Assembly (NCBI GenBank): GCA_013265495.1
Contig: MU061814.1
Location: 5,335,684-5,399,683, forward strand
Source: Vicugna vicugna
Lineage: Eukaryota
Direction of reading: 5' to 3'
DNA length: 64,000 nt
Positions 13,841 through 25,779 of this stretch are shown here, piece by piece (the first letter of the stretch is position 1; each line of letters begins with the position of its first letter). The translations under genes were made by a program, and so were the position numbers. Below the pieces are notes generated by a model. It made no database searches. It was not told the DNA's origin and worked only from the letters and a program-made list of their open reading frames with translations.

Positions 13841-14889
13841 GGCTTCCAGCAAAGGGACGTTGGTGTTTCCTTTGAAAGCTAAATTTTTAAGCACATACTT
13901 TCTCTGCAAGACTCCATGCGTGGTGAGAACGTGAGGTTTGGGGAGCAGGCAAGCCCAGAGTCAGCCGGGAACAGAAGAGATTAAGAAGTACTGAGCCTGA
14001 ACTTCTCCCCCTGGGTGGGGCCGGGGTCTGGGCAGGGCTCCTCACTCCCCACAGCAGGCTCCGGCTTCTGATGTCCCAGTATACCCCTGCAGCCAGCCAG
14101 GTTCACGGCAGGGACAGGCACAGACCCTGGGGCTATGACCCCAGGGCCATCCCTCCCAAACCCTGAGAACTGGGCTCTGCGGGTGATGTCTGATGACCAC
14201 GTCCAGGAGGTGATGAGGGAGCCGGAGCATATCACACGTGTCCACAGTGGCACAAGCCACCCCCGGATGCCAGGTACAGGACCCAGCCTGCAGGGGGTCG
14301 GGCACTGCTTTGTTCTCTGCTTTCTGCTCCCCTTATCCCCCCTCCCCCCACACTCAGTTGTGCTTCCAGCAGCCTGTGGGCACCCCAGGAATGAGAGGCG
14401 ACCCAGCCATCCCGCGGGAAGCCTCCTCTTTGGGCCCTGCCCTCCATAACCTCTTCTCCCCCACCAGAGGGGACCTGGGGGCAGCTCCCCTTGAAGGAGT
14501 GGGTAAGAAGTTGAGAAGACCCGGGAAAGGAGGCTGTGCTGCCTGAGGGTACCTGGAAAGGGCCAATATTCTCCACGCACCCCGCTGGATTCCCAGTTCC
14601 CCGGGGCGCTCACCCCAGCCTGGATTGCTCCCCTCCCCACCCCAACCAGGGAGCGCACGAGGGGGACCGGCCAGCCCTGCTCTCTCGTGGGGCGGGGACA
14701 GCGGCAGGGGCCGCCTCCCGTCCCCTCCACCGCCCCCCACGGCTGGGCGCGCCCGCCGCCGCTGGCTCAGTGGAGGCGCGGAGCCCGGGAGGGCGCGGGC
14801 GCGGCGGGCGGTGTGCGGGGCGGGTGTGCGCCGAGAGCGCGGGGAGGAGTGAGCGCGCCGGGCACCGGGCGTGCGCTCCGCGCGGCGCC

Positions 14890-15300
14890 GCAGGCTCGCC
14901 CCGCACAGCCGAGCCGGCGGTCGCTCTCCGGGGGAGACGGCGCTGTCGCCCCGGAGCCCGAGGAACCGCGGGGTCTGGTGTTCGGAGGCAGCCCGGCGAG
15001 CGCGCCGCCCGGAGCCGCGAGTCCGGAGGAGGAGCGGAGCCCGGAGCACGGAGGAGCCCGGAGGGACCCGGCCTCCCCGGTGAGCGCGAGCCCCAAGCGC
15101 CGCAGGTGTCACGGTCCGCGTCGGGCGCTTGCTGGCTGGACGGCGCGCCCACCGCCCTCTCACGCCCTCCCCGCGGGCTCCCTCTACGCTGCCCCTGCCT
15201 GCGACGCGCCCACTCTTCGCCCCGGCTTCCAGCCGCGGAGGCGCCGGACGCAGCCTCGGACCCCGGGGAGCGAGGCCCCCGCCCGCCCGGCGCCTCCACC
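14890..15300 (+). other. NTSR1: NTSR1 5'UTR (start approximate; no upstream ATG)
   Basis: GCTCGCCCCGCACAGCCGAGCCGG and GACGCGCCCACTC...CTTCCAGCC resemble the recalled human 5'UTR. No ATG found between 14890 and 15300. Confidence 0.65.
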
Positions 15301-16023
15301 ATGCGCCTCAACAGCTCGGCGCCGGGCCCCCGGGTCGCACAGGGCAGCGACCCCTTCTCGCTGCTGCCGCTGCCGTCGTCGGGGCCGGAGGGGGCGCCCC
15401 TGACCTCGGGCTTCGGCAACAGCTCGGGCAACGTGTCGGAGCCCGTCCAAGCAGCGCCCAGCAGCGACCTGGATGTGAACACGGACATTTACTCCAAGGT
15501 GCTGGTGACCACCGTGTACCTGGCGCTCTTCGTGGTGGGCACAGCGGGCAACTCTGTGACGGCGTTCACGCTGGCGCGCAAGAGGTCCCTGCAGAACCTG
15601 CAGAGCACGGTGCACTACCACCTGGGCAGCCTGGCGCTCTCCGACCTGCTCATCCTCCTGCTGGCCATGCCTGTCGAGCTGTACAACTTCATCTGGGTAC
15701 ACCACCCCTGGGCCTTCGGCGACTCCGTGTGCCGCGGCTACTACTTCCTGCGTGACGCCTGCACCCACGCCACGGCCCTCAACGTGGCCAGCCTGAGTGT
15801 GGAGCGCTACCTGGCTCTCTGCCACCCCTTCAAGGCCAAGACCCTCATGTCCCGCAGCCGCACCAAGAAGTTCATCAGTGCCATCTGGCTGGCCTCCGGC
15901 CTGCTAGCCGTGCCCATGCTCTTCACCATGGGCCAGCAGAACCGCAGCACCGACGGCCAGCACCCCGGCGGCCTGGTGTGCACGCCCATCGTGGGCACCG
16001 CCACCATCAAGGTCGTCATCCAG
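15301..16023 (+). CDS. NTSR1: Neurotensin receptor 1, coding exon 1 (N-terminus, TM1-TM4, ECL2; 241 codons)
   Basis: ATG in CCTCCACCATGC context. Translates MRLNSSAPG...[15 protein letters not shown]...LALSDLL...[13 protein letters not shown]...SVERY...LVCTP...KVVIQ, the NTSR1 signature. Ends at donor CAG|GTGAGC (phase 0). Confidence 0.99.
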
Positions 16024-19000
16024 GTGAGCAGCCTCTTCAGGGGCGCGGGGCGGGGATGGGGGCGGGAGTGTGAGGGCACCAGGCTGGAGTCTGGCCTGGG
16101 GGCGAGGGTTGAAGGCACACCCCGGGAGGCCTCGGTGCTTCTCTTCCCCTCTCCCCAAAAGTAGTTTCTGGTCTGTATACACCCTGAGTGCGGGAAGTTG
16201 GGAAAAGGTCACAAAGAAATTTTACTCCTGGGAAGCTGAAAGGGGCTGGGGGCAGGGGAGGAGGGGCGAGGGGCTTGAGAACAGCCTGAGCCCCACTTCT
16301 TCCCTCCTTCCGCTTCAGGGTTGCCAGGTCTCAGCTCCCCCCACCCCCGTCTCATCCCTTTCTGCCATCAGAGTGGACTGGAACCCAGATCAGTGACTTC
16401 TCCAGGGGTGGGTGGGGGTCCATGGACAGGCCTCAGGTATGTCCACTCCCTGAGCTGGAAGGGAAATGTGTGCTGGCACCAGCCTCCTTCTGAAGAGAAT
16501 CCCTTCCATCAGCATCTCAGAAGGCACGTGGTCCCCGAGGCCAGGTCCCTGTCCTCTGCAGCAGGGCTGCCCCCAGGCCGCTCCCCAGAGCCTCCTGGCT
16601 GCCTGCCCCAGCCCACATATGGGAAGTGGAGCTCGACCTGAAGCTGTCTCCGGCCAGGTCCTACACTGAGTTTAGTCTCCCATTTCCCGTCTGTGAACTG
16701 TGGTCATCAGAGCTCCAACCTCAGAAGGCAGAAGTTCAAGAGAGAGTGTTGGGGAAGGGCCCTCGCGGTTCCCCGCTTGCAGAAGCACTCAAGGTGTTCT
16801 TATTGGTGATGGTGGTGACAACATTGTTCCTGCTGGGAGATTCCGAGGTATTTGGGCATGGTGGCTGGCGGTGGGCCCATGTGAGGTGAACGACCCTGGA
16901 GCCGGGTGACCAATGGCTCTCTGAGGGTCTGGTGGGAACCCAGGTGGGAGCCCTCCCTGGGAATCGGCTTGGCTGAGGCAGCCTGGCAGGGTAGGGGGCT
17001 TCTGGTCCTGGAGAGAAAGAGGTCTTATCAGGCAGGGCCCTGAAGTGGGAGGAGGGTGTCCACCGAAGCTAGTGCTGGAAGAGATACCACTTTGAATGGC
17101 ATCGTGGCCGAGGATGTGGGCAGAGGTGGAGGTGAAGGGGCTTCCTCCATCCCAGGGTGGGAGAGGGAAGGAGCGTCTGGGCGGGACCTCCACACCCCTG
17201 CGTGGTAGGGGCGGGGTGTGCCAGAGCGGCTGGCTGTCCCCGCTGGCTGTCCTTTCATACCCCAGCCGCCAGCAGCCTCCCAGCGCAGAACTTGTGCCGC
17301 TGCCTCGGAAGCCCAAGTCTGACAGCGGTGCTGGGAAAGGAGGGGCTGGTGAGCCGGGGTGGGCAGGCCGGGGTGGGCGGAGCTGTCGTCCGCACGACCA
17401 CCCTGGGCTGCAGCTGACCCTGCACAGGCCACCACCAGTGTAGACCGAGTGGGCAGAATTAGGCTCCAGGCCTCCCTTGCCTGCGCTGGAAACTCGTGCC
17501 TACAGGTGTCCCCGCGTGGAGTGGTCCTGGCAGCCACACGCAGCAGGGAGCTGGAGGCCGTGCCTCTGCGCTGACGCCTTCCCTGCCCTGGAGGTGAAGG
17601 CAAACAGGGTGTGTGCGGTAAACAGTGAGAATTACCTTCTTGCTTCCTTTGAGTGCTTGATGGGCTGTGCCCTGGTTGGGGGCCAGCAACCACGACACCT
17701 GCCTTCAAAGGAGTGACGTGGCAGGTCCAGGTCAGTGGCTCGGGGCCGGGGCACTCGCTGCCCACCCCAGAGACCCCGCTGTGGGCTCAGCCAGGAGCAG
17801 CCTGGGTTGGGATCAAGGACAACAGTGGCCGCAGAGGGGCATGACCCCTCCACAGCACCCTCGGCCTTGACCCCGTGGCCGCCCCGCTGGTGCCGCAGAC
17901 TCAGGCACCACCGTGACGCGGTCTGAGTCCTCTTGGTCAGAGGCTGTGACACCGGTACGGTCCAGGGCGCATCCTGGTCATTTGTCCACTTGGCAGGTGT
18001 CTTTTGAGCGCGTGCTGCAGAAGGTCGGCTTCAGCGCCCGCGGCTAGGGCCGCCTGAGCGTTTGCTGAGTGCTCGCTGGCTTCCGGGCGCCCTCGGAGAG
18101 CGGAGGTGCCATTTTTCTTTGAAGGTCACGGCACGTGCTTGGGAGACACACTTGGGAGAGACGGATGGGCTGATTATGAGAGACGCTCTTTGCTCTGTGA
18201 ACCGGCTGCTCCGTGTGCCTGCAAGAACATTCCTTTTGGGCCAGCTAGGCCCCGGCCTTGCTGCCCCCCTCCCTTCTGCGCCGCCATCCACCATCTGCCA
18301 TCCGCCATCCCAGGAGAGGGTTCCCAGGGGATTTTTCCTTCCCTACCCGGGCTTCTGGGCCACTTGGCAGACCTGGGCCCACTTCCACTGTTTTTGAACA
18401 GTGACATCTGTCCAGACAGGGGCTGGGTGCCTGTATCTGTGTGTCTCCCTCTTGTGGACCATGTGTGGGAGGGTAGAGATGTTGGCCAATCAAAATGGCT
18501 GTCACTCAGGAGACGCTCGTGTCCATGGGCACATGGACCCCAGGCAGCGTCCTGGACGCCCAGGCCATTAAAGTCTGACGTGCTTCCACGGAGGCAGAGG
18601 CAACTGAGACCTGTCTCTGCAAAGTGCAAGAAAATTGGTTCCAATAAAATCAGGACACGGATCATTTCCCCAGAGTTTCTGCCCCTGTCACCAGCCAAGC
18701 CCGGTGACCTCCTCCGCCCATCCGTCCACCTGCCCACTCCCCATTCGCTGATCCTCTTTTCCTTCCTGAGCCGGCTCAGCCTCAGTGATGCTGACACTCA
18801 GGGCTGAAGTTTAAGTCACAGGGTCCCCACAAGAGCGCTGTTACGTCGGGGAGACGTGGCAGACCCTGGAGCAGACACCCCCAGGGCTTGTACCACCATG
18901 TGGCTCCTGCTGTATGCACCGAGGACCTGCACCCTGCCCACCAGGTCGTAAGGCAGAGACAGGGCGGGGCTGTTCTGTATTAACGGGGATTAAAGAGCCG

Positions 19001-20673
19001 CAGCTGAGCGCAGGTGTGGTTTCCCAGCAGACCCTGGGCCGGAAAGGAGAACCACTGTGAGGATGTGGTCGAGACAGTGGCCAGGTTCAGCCCAAGGGTT
19101 ACGTGGTGACACTGTACCGACGCCCAGTGGGACGCCCTGATGTGGGCGCCCGTGCTGCGGTTCTGTGGGAGAACGTCCTGTCCGAGGACGGAGTCCGTCC
19201 TGAGGCTTCTAGGGCGGTGAGTAGGGAAGGGACCCCCACGAGTGGCCATCCCAGGTGACGCCCATGGGCTCGGGGACGCAGCCGTCAGCTGAGTCTAGAG
19301 CCTCCGCTGTGGGAAGAGGAGGACTTCGGCCATGACCTTTGGTGCCAGCACAGGACGCTCGCCCTCGGGCACCAGAGGAAAGAGAGGCCGGGGCGGGCGC
19401 CTGCGAGGAGAGGGGCCAACCTGCTCGCAGTGCTGGGGCCCTCGTCCCCTCCTCCCGAGAAGCACGGCCAGACTTCCCACCTGGTTTCCTAGTGGTTTGT
19501 GTTTCGAGGGAGGAAGGAATCGCAAGCCTTTCTTTGCTGCATTATGATGAGACAGATACAAAATGTACCACTTCCGCCGTCTTGATGTGGACCACCACCC
19601 CACCCGTCTCCAGAACGCTCCTGTCGTTCCCACTGAACACCAGCTGCCCCTCCCCCCAGCCTCGGCTTTCTGTCTCATCTTTCCATGTTTCCGTCTGAGG
19701 GGCTGTCAGGCCTTCCTTGGTCGGGGGGACGTGGTGCTCACGAGTGAATGCTCTCCGCCTGGAGAAAGAAGCCAGCCCCCGAAGGCCTCCAACCGTGCGA
19801 CTGCAGTGACAAGGTGTTCTGGGAAAGGAGCGTGACGGGAACAGGGGACCAGCGGCAGCCGGGAGGGAGGGTGGGGTGGGCGGTGGGTGACGGATGCTCT
19901 GCGCTCGGCCGTGGGCTGGTTGCACGACTGAGCGTTTATCAGGACTCCCGGAACTTAGACCGAGGGTGATTTCAGGGAGTGTGAACTGTGTCTCCCTGAG
20001 TCTCAGCCGCGAAGGAGCAGGAGCCTGTGAGGCTGTGGGGTGCCAGGTCCTCCCCCTGGGGGGCTCCGGGCAGGAAAGGACCAGGGGGGTCCTGGGGATG
20101 TTCCTGGGGAGCGCAAAGGCCCTGGGCAGCCCCTGAACGCCCCTCCCTGCCTCCCGACCGCTCCCACCTTGCCACCGCCGCTGGGAACCAGGCAGGTGCT
20201 CAGCAGCCAGGAGGCGGGTGGGGAGGGCCTGAGCCCGCACCTGGTGGGGGACAGTGCTGCTGAGCTCACAGCTGTGGGGACCGCCTGGCCCCCGAGACCT
20301 CTGCTTTAACCCGGCAACACCCTGGCATTTGACCTACCAACTGCTGTCCCTGGTGAAGGCATAGCCCCTGAGAGGAACCCGCCAGGGTCCTCAGGTCTGA
20401 AGAGGAAACCAAGGCCCAGAGAGGATGGGGACACCCGAGCCAGCCCACACCCGCCTGTCTGTCCAGTCTGTCTGTCTGTCGCTGCTCCAGCAAGGGGCTG
20501 GGATGGAGCCGCCCACCTGCCCTGCGCCCTGCCCCCTTCGGAGACTTCTCCCCCACAGGAGAAGTCTTGTCCCCCCAGGGCCAGTGCTGGAGAGGGAAGG
20601 AAGGCCTGGGAGCTGGGCAGAGACGGGCAGTCAGTCTGGAGTTTCCTGACGGTGGCAGCCCCAGGACCCCAAA

Positions 20674-20778
20674 TCAAATCCCAGCCTCACCACTGGCCAG
20701 CTATGGGGCCCGGGCAAGTGATGTGACCTTCTGTGCCCCAGTTTCCTCACCTGCCAGGTGGAGGTAACAATTCCTCTG
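20674..20778 (+). mobile_element. MIR fragment
   Basis: TCAAATCCCAGCCTC...GGGCAAGTGATGTGACCTTCTGTGCCCCAGTTTCCTCACCTG. Confidence 0.75.
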
Positions 20779-21744
20779 TGGTCCACTGGCCAGGAGCCTG
20801 GAAGGTCTCAGTTACCCACACAGATCAATGGTGATTCAAGGAGAGACGGGCCCTGATCTGTTGTTTTAGGGTAACAAGAGCTGGCGCCTCCCAACAGGGC
20901 CCCCCTCCAGAGCCGGGAGCCGTTCCTGCCGCCCACGGCCCTGCCCGCTCCGGGGGTCCGCGCGACCGCGGTGGGGCCCTGCGGGAACCCCCGAGCCTGG
21001 CGCTGTTCCCACGCCTGTGGGGACGGGGGCCGCCCACAGCTGGGCAGCATCTGTCCAGCTCCTCTGAGAAACGTTTGCTGCCCAAAGGCGAGGTCTCCCC
21101 AGCACCGTGTGTGTGACGAACCCTCTTCCAGTGTGATGACGCCCCTCCCTTCCGCCCTCCTCGCTGACCGAGCACCACGTGCCAGGTGCAGTAGCACAGC
21201 AGGACGGGGCTGGCAAAGGCTTCCACCCCACGAAGCGCACATCCCAGCAGAGAAGTCCGACAATCAGCAAAACAAACACGTGCAACACACGCTTGGCCTG
21301 TGGTGACAAGGGCGACAGAGCCACGGGAGGGGGCGGGGACGCAGTCTCCGGCAGGTCCCTGAGGGTCTCTCGGAGGCAGTTAAGAGGCAGGTGTGCCAGG
21401 TCTGGGGGAAGAAGATTCCAGGAGAGGGATGGCCGGGGGAACTGGACACACGGGGCAGAGCGAGCGTGGCCGGGTGAGCACCGGGCGTGCGAGGAGTAAC
21501 AGGAGGGCCTCAGAGAATACGCGTCATCTCGTCCTGGAGGAAAATGGGCACCATGGGAGGCTCTGTGCAAGAGGCCACATGGCTTACTTTGAAGGGGTCC
21601 TGCCTGCCTTGTTGAGAGTGCATTGCTGGGGGCAGGCCGGGGAGGGTGGCTAGGGAGGCCCCATCGTGCTCCAGGTGCGCGATCGAGGTGACCCAGACTT
21701 GTGCTTATGGGGACGGTGGAAGGATGACTGGAGACTAGATACAC

Positions 21745-23680
21745 ACTTTTCTTTTTCCTTAGGTTTATTTTTAAGTTTCCATCCAGTAAAAGTCACTCTC
21801 CATTTGACTTTTGTTTGCATCCATGAGCTTTGACAAATCCGCAGTCCTGTAACCACCACCTCCAAAGACACAGCCCCGTCCTGTCGCCCGGTGGAGTCAG
21901 TGCGTACCCCCCACCCCCGCCCCGGCCCCTAGCAGCCGTGCTCTGCTCCCCCCACCACCGCCAGCCCTGGGCCTGACTCAGGGCCACGTAAGAGGGCCCT
22001 GGCGTCCTTCGCTTATGTAATGCCTTGAGGCTCATCCGTGCCGTGCCCGGGCCAGCAGCTCCTTTTCTGCGTGGAGCAGGAGTCTGTTGCACCGATGGCC
22101 CGCCATGTGTTTATCCATTCACTGGCTGAAGGACACTTGGGTTGCTTCCAGTTTAGAGCGATTACGAACAAAGCAGCTGCCAGTGTTCACGCGCGGGACT
22201 GCGTGTGAGCGCACGCTTTCGTTCCTCTCGCGTGACCACTTAGGAGTCGGATCGCTGGGTCGTCCTAGAGTGTGTTTAACTCGGGGGGAAATTCCAAAGT
22301 GGGTGTGCCCTTTTGACGGCCCGCCAGCGACGGGGAAGGGCCTGTTCTCTGCCTCCCGGCCGGCGCCCGGGCTTCAGTTCCTGGTCAGGTTTTTTGTTTT
22401 CATTTACCCGTCCTGGTGGGTGTGCAGTGGCGTCTCGTTGTGGTTTGAGTTTGCATTTCCTGGATGGCTCATGACAAAGTGTCTTTTCAGGCGCTTACTT
22501 GACACCTGTGTATCTTCTTCGGCAAAGCTGCCTGTTCCGGAGGTTTGCGTGTTTTTTACACTGGGTTGTTTTCATACTGTTGACTCTGGGGAGTCCTTAG
22601 ATTCTGCACACAAACCCTTTGCCGGATGGGTGATCAGCAAGTGCCTTCTCCCCTCGATGGCTCTCCTTTGCGTTTTCCTAACACTGCGTGTCACAGAGCA
22701 AAAGTGGGAACTTTGATGACATCCGGCTCATCAAAAAAGCCGTGGGCCATGCTTTTGGAGTTGTGCCTAACCCCAGGGCACAGGGCTGTTTTCCTCTCTC
22801 CTGCTCTAGAACCGCTATAGTTCTATGCTGTATACTCAGGCTTACGACCTGTTTTGAGTCACTTTGTGATGGGGTGTGAGAGACGGGCGCTTTCTCTGCA
22901 TAAACATGTCCAAAGGATCAAAGCCACTTGTGGAAAGATGGTCTTCTCTCCTTTGAAGTTTGTTTGCATCTTAATCAGAAGCCGCCTGACCGCGTGTGCG
23001 GGGCTGCATCCAGGCTCTCACCGGCCCCTTTGGCCCCCGTGCCTCTGCCGTCCCCAGTCCCCGCTGCCTTGATTTCTGTAGATTTGTAGGAAGTCTTCCA
23101 AGTACCATGAGTCCTTCGATTTTGTCCTTCTTTTCCAAAATCGCTTTGGCCACTCTAGGTCCTCCGCTTTCTGTGTGGATTTTGGAATTAGGTTTCCAGT
23201 ATCGACAGAAGAGCCTGCGTGGGTTTTGATTGGGATTGTGTTCATCTGTAGATCAACGCGGGGAGACCAAGGTGGCGTCTCAACACCGAGCCTTCCAACC
23301 CACGCGGACACCGCGTCTCTCCGCTTACGCAGGTCTCTGGTTTCTCCCATCCGTGGTAGTCTTCTGTGTGCAGACCCTACACCACGTGTTTTGATACATC
23401 TGTATCTAAGCATTTGTATTTGGGGAGTTACTGTGCGTGCACTTCGAAAATTCTTTTCTGTTCCCAGTTTCTCACGGCAGCTTGTCTAGCCCTGATCGAT
23501 GTTTAGTTACTGACCTGGTAGCTTACAACCATGACACACACACTTACTCACTCTAGAGCTTCCCTTGTGGGTTTCCTGGGATTTTTTTACGTAGACAGTG
23601 ATGTCTGTGAATAGAGGAAGTTTTATTTTATCCCTTCCGCGCTGCATACCTTTAATTTCCTTTTACTGTCTTATTGTATT
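21745..23680 (-). mobile_element. Old LINE-1 (L1M-type) 3' end plus ORF2 fragment, antisense in intron 1
   Basis: T-rich tail, then ATGAGCTTTGACAAATCCGCAGTCCTGTAACCACCACC (L1M 3' end). Minus-strand peptides NTIPIKT...LIPKS and MAKAILEKKDKIEG resemble the L1 ORF2 C-terminal region. Confidence 0.85.
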
Positions 23681-23689
23681 TTTTAAAAA

Positions 23690-24420
23690 ATGTTAATCAG
23701 CTGTATTTCAACTTTAAAAATAGTTGATTTACAATGTTGTGTTAGTTTTTGTTGTCCAGCGTAGTGATTCAGCTATATACATGGATATTCCTCTTCATGT
23801 TCTTTTTCATCATAGGCTGTTGCAAGGCACTGAATAGGGTTCCCTGTGCTGTACAGTGGGTCCCTGTTGTTTATCTATTTTACGTATAATAGTGTCTGCA
23901 AATCTCAAACTCCCAAGTCATCCCTCCCCACCCCTTTCCCCCCGGTAACCATAAGTTTGTTTTCTATGTCAGTGAGTCTGTTTCTGTTTTGTAAATAAGT
24001 TCATTTGTATCATTTCTGAGAGTCCACATATAAAAGATATCATGTGGTATTTGGCTTTCTCTGTCTGACTTCACTTAGTATGATCATCTCTAGTTCCATC
24101 CATGTTACTGCAAATGGCATTATTTCAGTCTTTTTCATGGCTGAGTAGTATTCCATCATATAAATATACGCCGCAGCTTCTTTACCCAGCCATCTGTTGA
24201 TGGGCCCTCAGGTTGCTGCCATGTCTTGGCTGTTGTAAACAGCGCTGCTGTGAGCACTGAGGTGCATGTGTCTTTTTGAATTAGAGTTTTCATCTTTTCC
24301 GGATGTATGCCCAGGAGTGGGGCTGCTGGATCATGTGGTAACTCTAGTTTTAGTATTTTAGGGACCCTCCGTACCGCTCTCCGTAGTGGCTGCCCCAGTG
24401 GACACGCCCACCAATACTCA
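23690..24420 (-). mobile_element. Younger 5'-truncated LINE-1 3' end abutting the older L1
   Basis: Minus ORF 24156-24452 ELPHDPAAPLLGIHPEKMKTLIQKDTCTSVLTAALFTTAKTWQQP matches the L1 ORF2 C-terminus. AT-rich 3'UTR (TAGTTGATTTACAATGTTGTGTTAG). Confidence 0.9.
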
Positions 24421-24637
24421 CACACCTGACGCTTCTCTTGCTCGCTGCCCACCTCGAGGCCGACTTCCCGTGTCTTTTTTCTTATCGGCGGGTCTCATCC
24501 TAGCTCTCTGCCTCCCTAGTGCTTTTTCACTTACACCGGACCCTGTGGACGACACACTGAAGAGACTGGACACTCTTACCCCCCTTTGAAGGGTGTCAGC
24601 TCTTACTTTAGCAGGCTGCTCAGTTGCAGACTGACAA

Positions 24638-24752
24638 CCTTTTGTGGGGGGGTAAGTGTGTTTTTCTTTATTTTTAGTAGAGGTCCTGCGGGTTGAACCC
24701 AGGACCTTGTGCAGGCTGGGTGCACACTCAACCGCTGAGCTGTACCCTCCCC
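24638..24752 (-). mobile_element. tRNA-derived SINE, camelid-like
   Basis: Minus strand GGGGAGGGTACAGCTCAGCGGTTGAG (A box)...GGTTCAACCC (B box)...CTCTACTAAAAATAAAGAAAAAC...CCCCCCCACAAAA. Layout matches the recalled camelid SINE. Confidence 0.8.
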
Positions 24753-25759
24753 GCAAGACAGATCATCTTGAACCTGTGCAGGCCCGGTTTTCACACCCCA
24801 GCCGTCCTACCCTAGAAGGACCCGCGTCTGGGCTGAGCCTCCTGCGGGGCTTTTGTCCGTTTGCGGTTGGTCTTAGTGAGGGCGGGCCTAGGCTCAGCCT
24901 CCCTCTAGGGCGTGGCCCTCACGCCTCAGGTGTGGGCTCGCGGGCGCCTTGGCGGGTGCTCAGTGTGTCACGGAGGCCCCTCCTCCCCCCTCCAGCTCTG
25001 CCGGAGTGCCAGCTGCCCTCCCACAAGCCCGTCAAGGGTCCGGTCTGCGCACACGGCCCAGGCGGCCCAGGGAGGGCCCCTTGCCGGCGTCTGAGGCCCC
25101 ACCAGGCGGGCCCCCCTCCCCAGTACCTTGTTCTGCAGCTGGAAGCCCCTCCTGCAGCTCCAGGCTCTGACTTCTGCCTCTTTAGCTGGAGTAGCCACGC
25201 TCCACCCAGACCCCAGCTCCTAATGTCACGATCAGGATGGTGTCCCCAAGAAGAAAGCTGGGTGACAGTGGGGCTCAGCTCGCGACTTCCTGTCTCTCAG
25301 AGACGGCAGTCGCCCTGTGGCTTGTCCAGTGTCTGAAAACAATGGCCTGATAAATTGTGCCCAGTTCTATGGTTGTTTATGACAAGAGAGCTAGTCCAGG
25401 ACCCCAAGTGGAAGTCAGCAGTGGATTTTAAACACTGCCTACTTTCAAAAATATCTGAAGCAGCTTATGACAAAGGACTTGGTTCAAAGGGATTATTAAA
25501 ACAATGTTGCAAAAGAATACATAAAAACAAACACAGCTATCCTAGAAACAAAGTTGAAGACAGCCGCTGTGTTTGAGTAAATCTCGTGCCAGCGCTTAGG
25601 AAAAAGTGCCACGTTATTTGCACTTAAACATTTTTAGCTTACTGTCTGCTACAAGGTGGGTCTATCGTAAACTTCAATAGCTCTCCCCTGACATATTTAA
25701 AGGTTAAGAGCATTCTTCAGCCAGTTCTGTGCTCTTGTAACTCAAAAGCAGTTCTATTA

Positions 25760-25779
25760 AAAAACAAAACAAAACAAAA
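25760..25779. repeat. Short (CAAAA)n
   Basis: AAAAACAAAACAAAACAAAA. Confidence 0.7.

Larger units (their letters stand above)
14680..16050. promoter_or_regulatory. CpG island / TATA-less NTSR1 promoter extending through exon 1
   Basis: Very dense CpG and GC content. GC boxes GGGCGG at 14806 and GGGGCGGG at 14817. No TATA box before the inferred TSS region. Confidence 0.9.

Noticed and set aside
1-14500. Exons of an upstream gene (SLCO4A1 in human synteny) or a novel protein gene
   Set aside because: No ORF shows transporter-like or other recognisable protein sequence. An unannotated lncRNA cannot be excluded from sequence alone.
14354-15825. Long minus-strand ORFs (269, 292, 213 aa) over the promoter and exon 1
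   Set aside because: Shadow ORFs of GC-rich or coding sequence; Arg/Pro/Ala/Gly-rich with no recognisable domain.
14536-16164. 542-aa ORF as an N-terminally extended or single-exon receptor
   Set aside because: It starts at a GTG upstream of the likely TSS. The extension is low-complexity and stop-free because of CpG-island GC content. The real start is ATG 15301, and the tail after 16023 is intron 1 read-through past a canonical donor.
24156-24452. Functional L1 ORF2 (also 50649-50873 and 23018-23413)
   Set aside because: Short, diverged, frameshifted fragments of 5'-truncated elements.
24676-24752. tRNA gene
   Set aside because: It has A and B boxes but no convincing cloverleaf, and it continues into a SINE-type tail.
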